A stretch of 62,404 nucleotides of DNA, the filler included, from Planctomycetota bacterium (lineage in GTDB: Bacteria > Planctomycetota > Planctomycetia > JALXBF01): assembly GCA_026991575.1 (NCBI GenBank). It is 8 parts of 8 records of this genome, joined end to end, with 100 filler letters (N's around TTAATTAATTAA, not from the genome) between each part and the next. Parts side by side here need not be neighbours in the genome. Positions count along the whole stretch, not along the records: positions 58,279 to 62,404 come from JALXBF010000144.1; 7 more parts are not named here. One strand, written 5' to 3'. Shown piece by piece: positions 59,764 through 62,404 of this stretch. A model generated the notes under the pieces. That model was not told the origin of the DNA, made no database searches, and was given only the letters and a program-made list of their open reading frames with translations. The position numbers were made by a program, and so were the translations under genes. Numbering within the stretch: position 1 is the stretch's first letter; the number at the start of each line of letters is the position of its first letter.

Positions 59764-61116
59764 TTATCCGACCACCTCGATGCGGCTCAGCATCGTCAGG
59801 CCGTTCTTGACCGGCAGCCGGTTGGCAAACCGAACAGCCGGCTTGCTCGTGGCCGGGTCCACCACGCCCAGGCCGAGTTCGTACAGCCCGGGCACATCGG
59901 GGGCAGTCAAGCGTGCCCGCACGACGTGCTCGCCTGGCAACCATCGTCGAACATCAACTGCGAGCTCCTGCCAGCGGGCGATTCGACCGCCGGGCGTTAA
60001 CAGAGCAAGCACAACGGGCCAGCGGTAGTAGAACGGAGCAACGCCTCGGTTCCGCACCGCGATGGCAACGGGAAGCTCCGCGGTAACCCGTACCTGTCGC
60101 GGCGCCTCTACCCAACTCAACCGGAACTCATAACCCAGCATGCGTACCAGGGCACGGGCGCGGCGTTGGAAGAGTTCGTTTGGCGGCTTCTCCAGTGCCG
60201 GACAATAGGGACCGAGCCAGCTGAAGTGCCCCATTCGCACGGCCTGCACCGTGCGGCCGTATTTCTTGCCCAGGTAGAGCCGTGCCTGGTTCGGAACCAT
60301 CTCGCCAGCGATCGGTGCCCGGCGCCAGTTCTGCAGCCGGTCGCTGGTACGAAGCGCTTCCAGAAACCCCCACGGGACGCCGTACGTGTCCTCGGGAAAC
60401 ATGTCGTCATGGTAGCCGAGCCAGTCTTGCTGTCCGGCGTAGCCGCGCGGGTAGCGGGCCAACAGCAGTGTTTGCTTGAACGCTCGCCGGTAAGCGTTGA
60501 TCACGCGGCGTTCAAGCCGCTCATCCGCGTACAGTTGCTCCTCGGGCCACGTGTGCCACTCCCCCCAGAACCCCAGCAGCCCCAACTGAATGAACGCTAC
60601 CCGAGGGTGGCCATCGTAGCGGTCACCCAACGCAGCAATGAGACGTTCCAGGCCAGCTGCGAGCGCGGGATGTGAGTAGTCGGGAGACCAGCCGCCACCG
60701 TGCGCCGTGTACCGGCGCAGCTGCACACCGCGCCGCAGCAACCAGTCGGGCACACCGGTTGGGAGCTTCGGGTAGTCCAGATAGACGCGGAAAACAATCC
60801 GCTTGCCCTGTGCTGCCGGGCGCTGCCAGTCCTGCTGTTCCCACTCCTCGAAGGCATACCTCCCCTCGGCCGGTTCCAGTCGCCGCCACGGAACGTAGAG
60901 GAACACCATGCTGTAGGGCTGGTGGATAGGCCCGGCATCGGTGTAGGGACACCAGCCCTTGAGGGGATTATCCAGCGGGCCGGCTGCGGGCGGCAGTCGC
61001 GTCCGGTTCGCTCCGTTGACGGGCCGGATCGCGGCAAACGGCACCGCAACTGCCGACGCTAACCACTGGCGCCGCGTGCAGCAGCCGCTTCGGTGCCCGT
61101 CGTGTGCAGGCAACAT
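59764..61116 (-). CDS. Tat-exported DUF4832-type, glycoside hydrolase clan A-like protein
   Basis: TRRQWL Tat-like motif, DNPLKG, WRRLEPAEGRYAF, GLLGFWGEWH, GYHDD, MLGYEF, NRGVAPFYY. Confidence 0.75.
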   Translation of the reverse strand: MLPAHDGHRSGCCTRRQWLASAVAVPFAAIRPVNGANRTRLPPAAGPLDNPLKGWCPYTDAGPIHQPYSMVFLYVPWRRLEPAEGRYAFEEWEQQDWQRPAAQGKRIVFRVYLDYPKLPTGVPDWLLRRGVQLRRYTAHGGGWSPDYSHPALAAGLERLIAALGDRYDGHPRVAFIQLGLLGFWGEWHTWPEEQLYADERLERRVINAYRRAFKQTLLLARYPRGYAGQQDWLGYHDDMFPEDTYGVPWGFLEALRTSDRLQNWRRAPIAGEMVPNQARLYLGKKYGRTVQAVRMGHFSWLGPYCPALEKPPNELFQRRARALVRMLGYEFRLSWVEAPRQVRVTAELPVAIAVRNRGVAPFYYRWPVVLALLTPGGRIARWQELAVDVRRWLPGEHVVRARLTAPDVPGLYELGLGVVDPATSKPAVRFANRLPVKNGLTMLSRIEVVG

Positions 61117-61187
61117 GCTGTTGCCCGCGCGGTGCGCGGGGGATGCAGCATCGGGCACGGCCAGTCTAGTGCTTGAACGCACGTGTC

Positions 61188-62264
61188 TCAGGCTATCGTG
61201 ATCCGCGGCTCCAGGTAAACATCCTGGATGGCGTGCAACAAGGCAATGCCTTCCTCAAGCGGCCGCTGGAACGCCTTCCGACCGGAAATCAGCCCCATGC
61301 CACCCGCTCGCTTGTTGATCACTGCTGTGCGAACGGCCTGCCTGAGGTCGTCCTTGCCGAAGGAGGGCCCGCCGGAGTTGATCAGCCCGACGCGGCCCAT
61401 GTAGCAGTTGGCAACCTGGTAACGGCACAGGTCGATCGGATGGTCCGTGACCAGCCGGTCGTAATCGGGAATCGTGTTCTTGTCGAAGCCGAGATCCACG
61501 AAGCCGCGTTTCGACGAGGGTAGCTTCTGCTTCACAATGTCCGCCTCAATCGTCACTCCCAGATGATTCGCCTGTGCCGTCAGGTCAAACGCGTCGTGGT
61601 AGTCCTGTCCTTCCTTCTTGAAGTTCGAGTTCCGCAGGTAGCACCACAGAATGGTGGCCATACCCAGCTCGTGCGCCCGGTGGAACGCTTCGCTGACCTC
61701 GATGATCTGCCGGTTGGACTGTTCGGAACCGAAGTAGATCGTGGCCCCAACGGCCGCAGCCCCCATGTCAAACGCCTGCTCAACCTGAGCGAAGAAGATC
61801 TGATCGTACTTCTTCGGGTAGGTCAACAGCTCATTGTGGTTCAGCTTGACCACGAACGGGATCTTGTGGGCGTACTTCCGCGCAACCGCGCCGTGCACAC
61901 CGAGGGTCGTCGAGACCGCGTTGCAGCCCCCTTCGATCGCCAACCGCATGATGTTTTCCGGGTCAAAGTAGTCTGGGTTCGGGGCAAAGCGTGCTCCGGC
62001 GGAATGCTCGATGCCCTGGTCGACGGGCAGGATATTGATGTAGCCGGTACCGGCGAGGCGGCCGTGGTTGAAGATCCGTTGCAGGTTGACCAGCACGGCG
62101 GGCTTCCGGTCTGAGGGCAGGTACACCCGGTCGACGAAGTCCGGCCCGGGTAGGTGTAGCCGTGAGGCGGGGATCTTTTCGCAGACGTGGTTCAGGAGGC
62201 TGTCGGCTTCTTCGCCAAGAATATCCACGATCTGTTCGTACGAAAAACGACGCTCCACGCTCAT
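61188..62264 (-). CDS. fbaB: Class I fructose-bisphosphate aldolase
   Basis: [52 protein letters not shown]. Confidence 0.96.
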   Translation of the reverse strand: MSVERRFSYEQIVDILGEEADSLLNHVCEKIPASRLHLPGPDFVDRVYLPSDRKPAVLVNLQRIFNHGRLAGTGYINILPVDQGIEHSAGARFAPNPDYFDPENIMRLAIEGGCNAVSTTLGVHGAVARKYAHKIPFVVKLNHNELLTYPKKYDQIFFAQVEQAFDMGAAAVGATIYFGSEQSNRQIIEVSEAFHRAHELGMATILWCYLRNSNFKKEGQDYHDAFDLTAQANHLGVTIEADIVKQKLPSSKRGFVDLGFDKNTIPDYDRLVTDHPIDLCRYQVANCYMGRVGLINSGGPSFGKDDLRQAVRTAVINKRAGGMGLISGRKAFQRPLEEGIALLHAIQDVYLEPRITIA

Positions 62265-62404
62265 TGTTCTCACTCCCTGCTATCGATCCGCCTGGCGGCA
62301 CGACGAGCTCAACAGCGATTCTGTGCGGTTCGTACCGCCGAGTCAATGGGGTTGGCCTTCACGAGCCCGGCTCAGCCGTTGTCGGGTGGGCGGCCAGGGA
62401 AGGA

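Noticed and set aside
1..62404. CRISPR arrays, tRNA (including tRNA-Sec), rRNA, riboswitches and sel genes
   Set aside because: None were recognisable by eye. The Sec machinery would have to be elsewhere in the genome, which remains the key untested assumption.

Overview
The window is eight unrelated contigs joined by 100-bp N/TTAATTAATTAA linkers (1-14964, 15065-19561, 19662-24017, 24118-35215, 35316-39620, 39721-44019, 44120-58178, 58279-62404). Adjacency means something only within a contig. The DNA is GC-rich, uses the standard bacterial code, and its gene content suggests a Planctomycetota draft or metagenome-assembled genome (inference). Contigs 4, 7 and 8 are mostly housekeeping: argB/D/F, rph, rdgB, a Ni/Co ECF transporter, a sugar ABC transporter, pyk, gdhA, rimO, fbaB and a sulfatase. 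The main result is in contig 1. Two diverged paralogous genes (358-906 and 10481-11092) carry an in-frame TGA at exactly the same codon. Protein conservation continues through and beyond the TGA, and a near-identical SECIS-like hairpin starts about 12-14 nt downstream in both. They are candidate selenoproteins of DUF1573-like Ig-fold type that the ORF track splits in two. They sit in repeated cassettes of [secreted Cys-rich peptide]-[exported, C-terminally anchored partner]-[Sec protein], next to an Lnt-like acyltransferase / GT2-methyltransferase fusion / GT-C operon, which looks like an undescribed peptide maturation and display system. The second result is contig 6: three tandem, uninterrupted but diverged IS4-like transposase derivatives that appear to have lost DDE catalytic residues, suggesting domestication. 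Also present are an Rhs toxin tip with a large beta-propeller partner, a decayed group II intron, a type IIG/DrmMI-like methylase beside a larC pseudogene, and an IS pseudogene. Family assignments come from motif recognition only; no database was searched.
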